A stretch of 64,000 bases of DNA from Acidimicrobiia bacterium (GTDB lineage Bacteria; Actinomycetota; Acidimicrobiia; Spongiisociales; ZC4RG35): the NCBI GenBank assembly GCA_965215185.1, contig OZ244034.1, forward strand, positions 416,001-480,000. Direction: 5' to 3'. Shown here piece after piece: positions 1-10,293 of the stretch (position 1 is its first letter; every line of letters begins with the position of its first letter). Both the position numbers and the translations under genes were made by a program. The notes below the pieces were generated by a model that had not been told where the DNA came from, did no database searches, and worked only from the letters and a program-made list of their open reading frames with translations.

Positions 1-2
1 CC

Positions 3-1451
3 CCCAGTGACCCCGATGCAGAAAAGAGAGGCGGAATATTACAACTTGGGACGCCTCAGCCGATACAGACACTTGACCCCCATCAGTTCGGTATCTACAA
101 CAACCGCAACGCTTGGCCAGGTCTCTATAGCGGCCTGACACGTTATACGGAGGAACTCGAACCAGTTCCAGATTTGGCTGTGTCCTGGGAGTTTGATGAG
201 TCAGGAACAGCTTGGACGTTCCACCTGCGAGAGGGTGTGCAGTTCCACAATGGTCAACCATTTACGGCTGCCGATGTGAAGTATTCACTTGACAGATTGC
301 TCCACCCCGATACAAACGCAGGCGTTTACGCCGAAGCGGTATCTACGATCGAAGCAGTCGAAGTGATTGACGATCAGACCGTCATCTTGCACCTGTCAGC
401 ACCTTCAGCGATCCTGTTGGCGGGTCTGGCGAGAGCCATGATCATTCCTGAGGGGTCAGGCGACACCATTGCCCTAGAAGGCATCGGAACAGGTCCCTTC
501 GTAATGGTCGACTATGTTGCCGACGAGCGCCTGATCATGACTCGAAACGATAACTACTGGGAAGAAGGCTTGCCTTACCTCGATGGAGTCGAAGTAACTG
601 TGCAACCCGATACCACTAGCTTGTTCACGGCTTTGAGCGCTGGCGACGTTGACATCTATTGGCAGCTCGAGCCGCGTTTCGTCCAGCAGATCGCCGCCGA
701 GGGTGAACTGCGTACGCTATTTGCCCCCAGTTCCTCTGTTGTTACGTATATGAGCATCTACAATGGCGCTCCGCCGTTTGATGATGTGCGTGCACGCCAA
801 GCGTTGCTTCACGTCCTTGATCTGGATACCATCAACACTCTTGCGTTCTTCAACACGGGAATACCGGTGGCTACCAACAACCTGCTTCCTCCGGGGCACT
901 GGGCTGAGGCCCCCGGTCTAACCGAGTATCCGTATGACCTTGACCGCGCCAAGGCCTTATTTGAAGAGGTAGGCGTCACGGAACTGACATATGTCGGACT
1001 CAATATCGTGCCGTGGACTCGGATCATCGGCGAGGTGATGGAGCAGTCCTTTGCAAAGATCGGGATCAAGTTGAACGTTTCGGTGCCGGAACTCGGTGGG
1101 TGGCGCGAAGCCTTTACCCCTCACCCGGCGCCCGGCGTCATCGTGGCCAATGCCGCGCTGCCTGACTACGATCCGGCCTTCCTATGGAATCTCGCCCACC
1201 CCGATGTCAACCCGTGGGGATTTGGTGACGAGACGTTCACACAACTCCTTGCGGATGCTTCGGCCGAGCTGGATCTGGACAAGCGCATAGCAGCTTACGG
1301 TCGTGTGCAGGAAGTGTGGAACGCGGAAGTTCCGACTCCGATTCTGTACTTTGACCGGTGGTTCCATGGTGTGCGAGACCGTGTTCAGGACCTCAAGCAC
1401 CTCAATAGTGGCGACCTTGACTACAGGGAGACATGGCTCACCGATAAGTAA
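3..1451 (+). CDS. Peptide/nickel-type ABC transporter substrate-binding protein (family 5), 5'-partial
   Basis: Frame is open from the window edge (GGILQLGTPQPIQTLDPH). Family-5 SBP signature LAVSWE...WTFHLREGVQFHNGQPFTAADVKYS; GTGPF motif. Confidence 0.92.
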   Translation, partial: PSDPDAEKRGGILQLGTPQPIQTLDPHQFGIYNNRNAWPGLYSGLTRYTEELEPVPDLAVSWEFDESGTAWTFHLREGVQFHNGQPFTAADVKYSLDRLLHPDTNAGVYAEAVSTIEAVEVIDDQTVILHLSAPSAILLAGLARAMIIPEGSGDTIALEGIGTGPFVMVDYVADERLIMTRNDNYWEEGLPYLDGVEVTVQPDTTSLFTALSAGDVDIYWQLEPRFVQQIAAEGELRTLFAPSSSVVTYMSIYNGAPPFDDVRARQALLHVLDLDTINTLAFFNTGIPVATNNLLPPGHWAEAPGLTEYPYDLDRAKALFEEVGVTELTYVGLNIVPWTRIIGEVMEQSFAKIGIKLNVSVPELGGWREAFTPHPAPGVIVANAALPDYDPAFLWNLAHPDVNPWGFGDETFTQLLADASAELDLDKRIAAYGRVQEVWNAEVPTPILYFDRWFHGVRDRVQDLKHLNSGDLDYRETWLTDK

Positions 1452-1495
1452 CGGGTAGCCTGTCAAAACCGATAAGTAACGGGTAGCCTGTCAAA
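1440..1495 (+). repeat. Perfect 28-bp tandem duplication (accgataagtaacgggtagcctgtcaaa x2)
   Basis: Identical units at 1440-1467 and 1468-1495, spanning the SBP stop codon. Confidence 0.97.
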
Positions 1496-1498
1496 CTC

Positions 1499-3202
1499 GT
1501 GGAATCGTTCACGAGCCCGCTTCCGATGGAGGACGGTACTCGGTTAGCAACCGATATCTTCCTTCCATCAGGAAGCGGCGGTCCCTACCCCGCGCTGCTC
1601 ATGAGAACGCCCTACGACAAGGCTCGGGTGGAAGATGGACGGATGATCTATACAGGGATCATTGCCGAGGCAGTCAAGGCCGGCTATGCGGTGGCCATTC
1701 AGGATCTTCGTGGGCGCTTTCAGTCCGAGGGCGACTTTGTGCCATTTCACGAGAACCCCGACAGTGATGCACGGGACGGTGCATCGACCGTTTCCTGGAT
1801 CAGAACTCAACAATGGTGCGACGGTTCTGTGGCGATGTGGGGTGATTCCTACGGGGCTTGGACACAGTGGAAAGTGGCTGTTGACGGGGAGGACAAACCG
1901 GACGCCATCTTTCCGTCCGGCCTTCCGATGAGCGCGCTCGATTCGCCGGTCTTGAGGCCAGCCCGACGAATCCTTTGGTATGTCGGTCGCATGGGGCCCG
2001 ATTCCCGCAGGCGCGCAGACCGCCGCGGCCGCTCTCTCGACGAGCAGGCTGCCTACCGGTACTGGCGAACGGTGGAAAGAAGCCGTTGGTTGTGGTTCCT
2101 CCCATGGAACGAATTGCCGGATTACCTGCTTGGTGGACTGTCACCGCATTACCAGAGCCTGCTGAGAAGCAGGCCAAGCGACTATCTATCATGGCTGAGG
2201 CGTTGTGATCAGTTTGAAGGGCCTGTGTTGCTCCTCACCGGTTGGTTCGACATAGATGTGGGTAGTGTGATCGAACTTTATGAGAAGTTGAGGAGTCGGC
2301 CGGACAGGTCCTGCCCTACTTATCTGATCATTGGGCCCTGGAAGCACATGGACCCCAAATACGATTTGAGCCGATGCCGAGGACCGATCGACTTCGGCGA
2401 GGCTGCTCAATGGTCTTATCCGGACGTTCTGGTCCAATGGTCCGACTTTGTTCTGAAAGGCAAGCGCGGACCTCTGTTCCCTGGGCCACCGATCCGGTAC
2501 TTCGCAATGGGGGACGGATCCAACCAGTGGAAAGAGGCGAATCGCTGGTCTGAGGTCGTGGCATCTTCGCAACGCCTTTTTCTTACATCCACCACCGCAT
2601 CCGAAGAAACTGGTGGGGGCCTCTCGGATTCTCCGTCTAAGGAAACCGAAGTCTGGCGTTACGTATACGACCCCAGGGACCCGGTTCCCTCGGCCGTGGA
2701 CGAGGATGCATATTACGGCCCCTTCGATATCGGCTACATGGATATGCGACCGGATGTGCTGTCTTTTGCGACTGCACCCATTGACCAACCGGTCGAACTG
2801 CGAGGATCGGTAAAAGTAGAACTCGTGGTGACGAGCAGCGCGGTTGACACCGACTTCTGTGCTTGGATTGCCGAAGAACGCCCAGACGGGGCATCAATTC
2901 TCCTTGCGAGCGGTTTTCTCCGCGCCAGGTACCGTAATGGGATCGATCAGGAACAGTTCCTGGAACCAGGAAAGCCCGAGACAATCCGGATTCAGTGTCG
3001 CCCGACCGTCTATCGCTTAGCAGCAGGATCTCGCCTGGTGGTGAAGGTCTCCAGTAGTGACTTCCCGGACTATGACCGGAATCACAATCTTGGAACCGAT
3101 CCCTATTCGGATGCTCGACTCGTATTGGCTACCCAGTCACTGATAAGTGGACCAGAAAATCCATGCAGCGTCTACCTGCCAGTATCAAGGCCGCTCCGAT
3201 GA
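1499..3202 (+). CDS. CocE/NonD family serine hydrolase (peptidase S15-like)
   Basis: MEDGTRLATDIFLP, RTPYDK, QDLRGRFQSEG, nucleophile motif GDSYG, GPWKH, C-terminal YDPRDPVP and SSSDFPDYDRN. Confidence 0.92.
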   Translation: MESFTSPLPMEDGTRLATDIFLPSGSGGPYPALLMRTPYDKARVEDGRMIYTGIIAEAVKAGYAVAIQDLRGRFQSEGDFVPFHENPDSDARDGASTVSWIRTQQWCDGSVAMWGDSYGAWTQWKVAVDGEDKPDAIFPSGLPMSALDSPVLRPARRILWYVGRMGPDSRRRADRRGRSLDEQAAYRYWRTVERSRWLWFLPWNELPDYLLGGLSPHYQSLLRSRPSDYLSWLRRCDQFEGPVLLLTGWFDIDVGSVIELYEKLRSRPDRSCPTYLIIGPWKHMDPKYDLSRCRGPIDFGEAAQWSYPDVLVQWSDFVLKGKRGPLFPGPPIRYFAMGDGSNQWKEANRWSEVVASSQRLFLTSTTASEETGGGLSDSPSKETEVWRYVYDPRDPVPSAVDEDAYYGPFDIGYMDMRPDVLSFATAPIDQPVELRGSVKVELVVTSSAVDTDFCAWIAEERPDGASILLASGFLRARYRNGIDQEQFLEPGKPETIRIQCRPTVYRLAAGSRLVVKVSSSDFPDYDRNHNLGTDPYSDARLVLATQSLISGPENPCSVYLPVSRPLR

Positions 3203-4272
3203 CGCCTCCTGGGGAGTCGAAGGGACTATCCAACGGGTTCATTGACTTGCGTAGCGACACATACAACCTACCTACGCAAACGATGTTGGCTCGTTTGAGA
3301 TCTGCGGTCGAATCTCCACGAGATGGTGGTGCAGAAGAGTACACACGAGACCTGGAGCGGGCAGTGTCCGAACTGACTGCCAAAGAGGCGGCTGTTTTCC
3401 TCCCTACCTGCAGTGCGGCGAATCTCCTGGCGCTGATGGCGCTCGCCAAGCCAGCTGAGAACGTTGTTGTTGATGGCGACTCACATATACGGTGGTTGGA
3501 GGCAAACAGCGCCGCGGTTACAGGTGGTGTCCAGTTGGTTCCCGTGCGAAGATCCGGCAGCATCGTTGACCTTGCCGCCGTTGTCGAATTTGCTGAGCGA
3601 TCGTCTATGTTCGGACTTCCGCCCTTGGGCTTGATCTGCGTTGAGAACTCTCACAACAACGCGGGGGGAACGGTGGCGAGCCTGTCAGACATGAAAAGAG
3701 TCTCGAGTATGGCGCTCGAGTATGGCGCCCGTGTTCATGTCGATGGGGCCCGAATCTTCAATGCTGCAGCTCAACTCAATGTTGAGATCAGCGAACTGTG
3801 CGCTTCAGCAACCACGATGTCGTTGAGTCTTAACAAGAGTTTGGGAGCACCGTACGGCGCCATGCTGACGGGTCCCGAAGATGTCATCATGCGAGTGAGA
3901 GGCCTGCGCGGTCAACTCGGGATCGCGTCTATACACCAGGAAGGCCTGTTCGCAGCGATGGCGTTAGAGGCTCTCGAGAACAACATGGAACATCCACACC
4001 TCGACAACTGCGCAGCGAGCGAACTGGCGCGGTCACTCACTCAACACTTCGAATCCGAGCTGGAAGTTGAGGCCCCCCAGACGAACATCATTCTCTTTGA
4101 CGTTCTTGTGGACCTGACCGCTGCCGAGTTCTGTAGACAACTTTCAACCAAAGGAGTGCTGGCAAAACCGCGCTCGGTGACCCGGTCAGTTCGTCTCGTT
4201 GTCAATAGTGGGTCAAGAGAGCACGGACTCGGGCGAGTGATAGAAGCGTTTGCCAGTGTGCTAGGCCGTTAG
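3199..4272 (+). CDS. ltaE: Low-specificity threonine aldolase family PLP enzyme
   Basis: IDLRSDT, ENSHNNAGG, HVDGARIFNA, PLP-lysine SLNKSLGAP. ATG at 3199 overlaps the upstream stop (ATGA). Confidence 0.85.
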   Translation: MTPPGESKGLSNGFIDLRSDTYNLPTQTMLARLRSAVESPRDGGAEEYTRDLERAVSELTAKEAAVFLPTCSAANLLALMALAKPAENVVVDGDSHIRWLEANSAAVTGGVQLVPVRRSGSIVDLAAVVEFAERSSMFGLPPLGLICVENSHNNAGGTVASLSDMKRVSSMALEYGARVHVDGARIFNAAAQLNVEISELCASATTMSLSLNKSLGAPYGAMLTGPEDVIMRVRGLRGQLGIASIHQEGLFAAMALEALENNMEHPHLDNCAASELARSLTQHFESELEVEAPQTNIILFDVLVDLTAAEFCRQLSTKGVLAKPRSVTRSVRLVVNSGSREHGLGRVIEAFASVLGR

Positions 4273-4283
4273 AAGGAGGGCTC

Positions 4284-5198
4284 ATGGGTTCCATCGCAAC
4301 TGTGACAGGTGAGGTCCCGAGCGCCGACATCGGCGCAGTCCTGATGCATGAGCACATTATGTGTGACCTCTACCGGATGTCCGGTGATTCTAATCATCTG
4401 CTCGACGACGTTGATCTTGCCATCAGTGAGCTTCGCCATTTGGCCCCCACTCCGGTGCGAACAGTAGTTGATGTGACTAGCGTTGGATTGGGCAGAGATC
4501 TTGAGACTTTGCGAGAGATCGCTTTGAACACCGGAATTAACATAGTGGCCGGCTGTGGATGGTACCGTGACCCTTACTTCCCACAAGAAGTCTTTGAGAC
4601 GACTTCTGATGGTCTGGCAGAGATACTGATCTCCGAGATGACTAAAGGGTCGGTCGACGGTGGAATACGACCGGGGATAATTGGAGAAATCGGGGCACAT
4701 AGGAGTCCGATGACTCCTGCGGAGGAGCGAGTGTTACGTGCCGGTGGGTTTGCGCAACTGGAAACAGGCGCCTCGATATATACGCATGCTGCTAGGAGCA
4801 CAGTCGGGATTGAGCAAGCAAAAATACTGCTCAGAATTGGCGTACCGCCTGACCGTATAGTCATTGGCCATTCTGATACGGTGCCCCGTAAGGAGTACTG
4901 GGCAGAGTTGCTCGATATGGGTGTCACTCTCGGCTTTGACACTGTAAGACCTCACTTTCCATATGATGTTGAAGTTCGCATTGCTGGTTTGCTATGGTTG
5001 GCTGAGCGAGGCTCTATAGATCGCGTTGTGGTCTCTAATGATGTGTGCTTCCGATCACATCTGCGTGCATTTGACGGAGGTGGGTACCCATACTGTGCCA
5101 CGGAGTTCTTCGATGCTCTGCGAAGCGTCGGCTTCGGCGACCAGGAGTTTCGTACGATCTTCCATGAGACTCCCGTTCGGCTTCTCGATCTACCGTAG
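4284..5198 (+). CDS. Phosphotriesterase-homology protein (PHP/YhfV-like amidohydrolase), copy 1
   Basis: HEH metal motif, GIIGEIG, YTH, IGHSD, SND. Strong RBS (aggagg). Confidence 0.9.
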   Translation: MGSIATVTGEVPSADIGAVLMHEHIMCDLYRMSGDSNHLLDDVDLAISELRHLAPTPVRTVVDVTSVGLGRDLETLREIALNTGINIVAGCGWYRDPYFPQEVFETTSDGLAEILISEMTKGSVDGGIRPGIIGEIGAHRSPMTPAEERVLRAGGFAQLETGASIYTHAARSTVGIEQAKILLRIGVPPDRIVIGHSDTVPRKEYWAELLDMGVTLGFDTVRPHFPYDVEVRIAGLLWLAERGSIDRVVVSNDVCFRSHLRAFDGGGYPYCATEFFDALRSVGFGDQEFRTIFHETPVRLLDLP

Positions 5199-5210
5199 AT
5201 CACTGATGTT

Positions 5211-7163
5211 ATGAACGCGGTGACCAAGACTGGCGATAGATCTGATGGGAGCAGTTGCTTACCGACGCTTCAGATCAGGGAATTGACGTTGTCCCTGGAG
5301 GGAAACGACCCTCATCCCGTGGACTTGGTTCGTAGCGTCAGCCTGGATATTGAGCAAGGCCAATGTCTCGGACTGGTTGGGGAGTCCGGGGCAGGAAAGA
5401 GTCTGACTGCCAAGGCCATTGTGGGACTTCTGCCCAGAGGAATCAATGTTACGAGCGGTTCGATCAGTCTCGGCGGGCACACTCTGACGTCAACTCGTGT
5501 CAACTGGCGAGAGGTTCGAGGCGTTCTGGTTGGAACCATCTTCCAAGACCCCATGTCAAGCCTCAACCCGGTGATGAGAGTGGGGACTCAGGTGCATGAG
5601 GTGATCAAGGCACATCTGACTTTGAATAGGCGTGATCGAGATCAACGAGTGTTCGAGCTGATGGAATCTGTGGAGCTTCGGGGTGACAAGGACTTCCTCT
5701 CGCGTTATCCGCATGAGTTGTCAGGCGGCCAACAACAGAGGGTCGCCATCGCTATGGCAATTGCCTGCGACCCGTTGCTGTTGATCGCCGACGAGGCAAC
5801 CACGGCTCTGGATGTTCGAACACAGGCCCGAATTCTGAAACTGCTTCGTGCCCTCGTGGACGACATGGGATTGAGCATGTTGCTGGTTACCCACGATGTG
5901 GGGGTCATCGCCAGCGTTTCGGATCGATTGGCAGTGCTCTACTCCGGCCGCGTGGTTGAAAGGGGGAAGACTCCGAACGTTCTCTCCAAGCCGCGCCATC
6001 CTTACACGAGTGGTCTCATCGAGAGTTGTCCACTAGACCTAAGGGGCGGGTTCCGCACCGAGGTGCGACCCATCACCGGAACCGCTCCGATCAATTTAGA
6101 GTCGACCTGGGACAATTGCGTCTATGCTCCGCGGTGTTCTCGGGCCGCCAGCAAATGCCGAAGCCACTCTCCCCCGCTCGAAGATTACGGCGAACTACAC
6201 AGCGCCGCCTGCTTCTATCCACTGGGGGATGGACTTGGTGATCACGTTCCTGAGAGACCGGATAAGACACTCGTAGGCCGATCCTCACCATCCACACCGC
6301 TTGCTCTCAAACCGGCGGTCCATGTCGTTGGGTCCTTCTCGGAAGTTGGAGGGGAGTCCGAGAGCAGTAAGGAAGTCATCCTCAAGGCGACGGGGTTGTC
6401 GGTGGCGTACCGGGAAGGACGCGTCGTCTCCTATGGAACCAAAGCTATTCCAGCCGTTCAAGAGTTCAACCTTGAGTTGAGAAGAGCAGAGACTGTTGCG
6501 GTGGTAGGAGAATCGGGGAGTGGAAAGTCGACTGTCGCCCTTTCTCTGATACGGCTGGAGCCGCGTAATGCTCTAGTCCAGGGACGTCGCGAAATCCTTG
6601 GCGCCGATCTTGATGAATTGGGTAAGGGCGCACTTAGAAATATACGGCGCCGAGCACAGATCGTCTTTCAAGATCCTTACGGAAGCCTCAATCCGCGTCG
6701 CAAAGTTGTTGATCTGCTTATGGAAGGTCCTCGGGCGCACGCTCTCGAATCTTCCGATTCTCCTTTGGACCAAGCCGGTCAGTTGCTGGAACGTGTCGGT
6801 TTGGATCCGTCCTTCGCTGATCGTTATCCACATCAAATGTCAGGCGGACAGCGCCAAAGAGTAGCGATAGCTCGAGCACTTTCGGTTGAACCTCAGGTAC
6901 TGATATGCGACGAACCAGTCTCCGCACTGGACGTCAGCGTCCAGGCACAGATACTGGAACTCCTAGCCTCACTCGTTGAGCAAGAGGGGCTGGCATTTGT
7001 CTTCATCACTCATGATCTGGGGGTGATGCACATTGTCGCCGACAGGGTCATTGTCATGAAAGAAGGTAAGACTATTGAGACGGGTGCAGTCGACGAAGTT
7101 CTTACGCAGCCGGACACCCAGTACACCAGAGAGCTCATACAAGCCAGTTTGGTTGTGATATGA
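5211..7163 (+). CDS. Fused dual-domain ABC ATPase (DppD/DppF type)
   Basis: Two Walker A motifs (GESGAGKS, GESGSGKS), two SGGQ signatures, Cys-rich oligo_HPY segment between the domains. Confidence 0.93.
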   Translation: MNAVTKTGDRSDGSSCLPTLQIRELTLSLEGNDPHPVDLVRSVSLDIEQGQCLGLVGESGAGKSLTAKAIVGLLPRGINVTSGSISLGGHTLTSTRVNWREVRGVLVGTIFQDPMSSLNPVMRVGTQVHEVIKAHLTLNRRDRDQRVFELMESVELRGDKDFLSRYPHELSGGQQQRVAIAMAIACDPLLLIADEATTALDVRTQARILKLLRALVDDMGLSMLLVTHDVGVIASVSDRLAVLYSGRVVERGKTPNVLSKPRHPYTSGLIESCPLDLRGGFRTEVRPITGTAPINLESTWDNCVYAPRCSRAASKCRSHSPPLEDYGELHSAACFYPLGDGLGDHVPERPDKTLVGRSSPSTPLALKPAVHVVGSFSEVGGESESSKEVILKATGLSVAYREGRVVSYGTKAIPAVQEFNLELRRAETVAVVGESGSGKSTVALSLIRLEPRNALVQGRREILGADLDELGKGALRNIRRRAQIVFQDPYGSLNPRRKVVDLLMEGPRAHALESSDSPLDQAGQLLERVGLDPSFADRYPHQMSGGQRQRVAIARALSVEPQVLICDEPVSALDVSVQAQILELLASLVEQEGLAFVFITHDLGVMHIVADRVIVMKEGKTIETGAVDEVLTQPDTQYTRELIQASLVVI

Positions 7164-7260
7164 GGCCCTCTGTGAGGCAAGTCGCCCAACCCATCGGGTT
7201 TCACCGCTCTCTCGGTTTCCGTGCGGTGAGCGGCAATACGACTGGTGAAAGGTTGATCTC

Positions 7261-7932
7261 TTGAGCAACGATCCTATGTATAGAACACTCGAAGATTTCG
7301 CCTACAACACCATCCGTGAAGCAATCTTGTTTGGGCAACTGGAAGCGGGACAGCGGATCTTGCTCAAGGATCTGGAAGCCACCTACAGTATCAGCCGCAC
7401 CCCGATTCGGCAAGCTCTAAGACGACTTGCAGAGCGTGGATACGTCACACTGCAACCGCACTCCTCCATGCGAATTCGACCATTAAGCCTCCCCGAAGTC
7501 AATGAGCTTTACGTTCTACGTCAAGCGATTGAACCGATAGCCATGGCCGAAGGTATTCGAGGCGCCGATGACTCCGTGATGGTCCCTCTACTTGCGCTGC
7601 TTGGCGAAATGCATGCTGCGACAGAAAAGGAAGACCGTGTGCCTCTTATAGCGCTCAATACTAAGTTCCATAGATCAATGTATGAGCCCTCGGGAATGGC
7701 TCACCTGCTCTTGATCTACGACAGATTGCTCGGCATATGCGAACGGTATCAGTGGACCCAGGCGAACGCACCCATCGCAGAACTTAGACGAGACCTACAG
7801 CATCACGAAGAAATATTGGATGCTTACCGCGCTAGGAACGAAGATCGGGCAATCGTACTGACTAAGATGCACTTAGAACAGGCCCGTGCGACCATTCTGC
7901 GACACCTGAGTTCTCATGAGGCGCCCGCATAG
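7261..7932 (+). CDS. GntR family transcriptional regulator (FCD C-domain)
   Basis: wHTH SRTPIRQALRRL; FCD motifs NTKFH and HHEEILDA. Confidence 0.9.
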   Translation: MSNDPMYRTLEDFAYNTIREAILFGQLEAGQRILLKDLEATYSISRTPIRQALRRLAERGYVTLQPHSSMRIRPLSLPEVNELYVLRQAIEPIAMAEGIRGADDSVMVPLLALLGEMHAATEKEDRVPLIALNTKFHRSMYEPSGMAHLLLIYDRLLGICERYQWTQANAPIAELRRDLQHHEEILDAYRARNEDRAIVLTKMHLEQARATILRHLSSHEAPA

Positions 7933-7933
7933 C

Positions 7934-9334
7934 ATGAATGAGATGAATCCAGGTTACGACAGGGCATGTCGGGAGTTCGAGGTAGCGAATAGCAAGCTGA
8001 ACGCCTTCATCTCGATATGTCATTCTGCCGCGAATCGCCAGGATCAAACAGGGAAAGACCTAGAGTCCCACTGCTCATGCGGAGACGATCAGGTCACAAC
8101 GTTGGCTGTGAAGGACAACATCGGTCTAGAGGGCTTCCCACTGGCGGCGGGTCTCGGTGTACCGGTACTTGAGAGGGACGAATCGGTCTCCGGGGCGTGG
8201 GTTAAGTGGCTGGTTCGCCAGGGCTTTGCAATTAAGGGCAAGACCAACATGTACGAACTCGGTTACGGAGCTCCGGGCTGTGGGTTGCCGCCGGCTGTGA
8301 ATCCATGGAATCACTCCTTGATCCCTGGCGGCAGTTCAAGCGGCTCTGCCGTGGCCGTTGCTGCAGGGCTCTCCAGTTTGGCTTTAGGGACAGATGCAGC
8401 CGGATCCGTGCGAATTCCAGCCGAGTATTGCGGGGTTCTCTCTTACAAGCCATCTGGGAAACACGCCTGGCATAAGGATGGCGTCTGGCCTGGTCCTTCC
8501 ACCCTGGATGCCATCGGCGTCATGGCTCGTGACATAGGCCTCTTGGCGCAAGCCGTTCCATCCCTGGCCGACCAGGGCGAGGCAGACAACAACGGTACCC
8601 ATGCGCTTTCAGATCCAGGGCGGAAGACCCTGTGCATCGGGATACTGGATCTGGAGAATGAAGAGGTGGATGACGATCACGCTCTCTTGCAGAATGAGGT
8701 GCGCTCCTGGGCGCAGGATGCTGGTTTCTCCACAGTGAGGGTGCAGCTACCAGGTTTAGGTAGCCACGTCCGGGATGCGATCTGGAAGATATTTGCCTAT
8801 GAGTACTCGCGCGCTCTCGAGTCGCATCTGACCGAGGAGGCCAGGGCAGTGCTGTCAGCCCCGTCACTCCAACTGCTTGCGGATGGACCCAAAACCTCTA
8901 CAGAGGAGTATTCGGGGGCCTTGAGCGCCCGGCATCGACTGAAGCAACAATATGCGGAGGAACTAGGCGGTTGTCATGCGGTGGTAACCCCGGTCACTCC
9001 GGTGCGACCGTACTCACTGGCTTGGTCTCGCGCGTTCGCTCAATGCGAGGAAGACAATGTCTCGGGCAGTCCGATCGAGTTGTCAAACGTCGAAGCGTTA
9101 CTGACAAAGAAGACCCGGTATACCGCGCCGATCAACTTGGTCGAGTATCCAACTTTGACTCTTCCTATGCGTCTTCATACCGATGGACTTCCGGTGGGAA
9201 TACAAATCGCCTCAGTCCCTGAAAAGGAGCTTGAGATGTGGAGCATTGCTCGACGGATGTGGCAGGAGCTTTGGCATGAAGGGGTCAAGCTGCATCGGCC
9301 TGGCAAGTTATTTGGAAGCTTTGCGGACATCTAG
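7934..9334 (+). CDS. Amidase-signature family amidase
   Basis: AVKD lysine, GKTNMYE, PGGSSSGSAVAV, GTDAAGSVRIPA. Confidence 0.9.
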   Translation: MNEMNPGYDRACREFEVANSKLNAFISICHSAANRQDQTGKDLESHCSCGDDQVTTLAVKDNIGLEGFPLAAGLGVPVLERDESVSGAWVKWLVRQGFAIKGKTNMYELGYGAPGCGLPPAVNPWNHSLIPGGSSSGSAVAVAAGLSSLALGTDAAGSVRIPAEYCGVLSYKPSGKHAWHKDGVWPGPSTLDAIGVMARDIGLLAQAVPSLADQGEADNNGTHALSDPGRKTLCIGILDLENEEVDDDHALLQNEVRSWAQDAGFSTVRVQLPGLGSHVRDAIWKIFAYEYSRALESHLTEEARAVLSAPSLQLLADGPKTSTEEYSGALSARHRLKQQYAEELGGCHAVVTPVTPVRPYSLAWSRAFAQCEEDNVSGSPIELSNVEALLTKKTRYTAPINLVEYPTLTLPMRLHTDGLPVGIQIASVPEKELEMWSIARRMWQELWHEGVKLHRPGKLFGSFADI

Positions 9335-9348
9335 AAGGGAGCTTCGAG

Positions 9349-10293
9349 ATTCTTAAGGTATCCGGTCAGCGTTTCCTGCAGGCGATCCCAGTACTGCTGA
9401 TCGCGTCGGCCCTCCTCTTCTTCGCCATGAGGTTGGCGCCGGGTGACCCGGTACTTGCCATGTATGGTGGGCAACCCGGTGTATCAGTTGAAGAGCTCGA
9501 TGCAGCGAGAGAGAGACTTGGTTACAACGATCCGATCGTGGCTCAGTATGGAGTCTGGCTGTCTGACATAGCTAGAGGTGAGCTTGGGAACTCTGTAGTG
9601 AATGGTCTGCCTGTCGAGCAGGTCATCGCCGAGAAGATCTGGCCTTCGGCGCAATTGGCATTTGTCGCGCTGTTCTTGTCAGTCTTCATCGCGGTTCCCG
9701 GTGGCGTCTTGGCAGCACTTCGGCGTGGAAGCCTAATCGACAGGTTCTTGACCGGCTTCGTTAGCGCGGGAATCGCCGTACCACAGTTCTGGCTGGGAAT
9801 TTTGCTGATTTTGGTCCTGGCGATTCAGTTTCAAATCTTCCCGGCGTCTGGCTATGTATCACCGACCGAGGGCCTCGGTCTTTGGGCCATGCACATCGCA
9901 TTGCCTGCTCTAACGCTCGCCATAACTCTCGCGGCGCCCACGATGAGGTTCGTGAGGTCAAGCATGCTTGACGTTCTTTCGGAGCAGTTCGTGGACGTAG
10001 CGAAAGCTAAGGGGCTGTCCGGTCGCCGTGTCATTTGGGTACACGCATTGCGGAATGCTCTGCTGCCAGCGCTGACGATCGTTGGCTTGCAGGCAGGCAC
10101 CCTCATGGGCGGCGCCGTTCTCATCGAATGGGTGTTCGGGTTCCCGGGTTTAGGGTGGCTGTTGGTCAACGCCGTTACCTCAAGAGATTATCCGGTCCTG
10201 CAGGCAGCGCTTCTTCTTTTTGTAACGGCCTTCTTGCTAGTTAATTTCGTTGTTGACCTCCTATATCGAATCCTTGATCCGAGGTTGAGATGA
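9349..10293 (+). CDS. Peptide ABC permease (DppB/OppB type); probable ATT start
   Basis: LAPGDP, EAA-loop VAKAKGLS, HALRNAL, RDYP. The conserved N-terminal helix QRFLQAIPVLL lies in frame upstream of the first ATG (9427). Confidence 0.9.
   Translation: MLKVSGQRFLQAIPVLLIASALLFFAMRLAPGDPVLAMYGGQPGVSVEELDAARERLGYNDPIVAQYGVWLSDIARGELGNSVVNGLPVEQVIAEKIWPSAQLAFVALFLSVFIAVPGGVLAALRRGSLIDRFLTGFVSAGIAVPQFWLGILLILVLAIQFQIFPASGYVSPTEGLGLWAMHIALPALTLAITLAAPTMRFVRSSMLDVLSEQFVDVAKAKGLSGRRVIWVHALRNALLPALTIVGLQAGTLMGGAVLIEWVFGFPGLGWLLVNAVTSRDYPVLQAALLLFVTAFLLVNFVVDLLYRILDPRLR

Noticed and set aside
1440-1495. CRISPR repeat or dif site
   Set aside because: Two adjacent units with no spacer and no cas genes; arm spacing does not fit XerC/D geometry.
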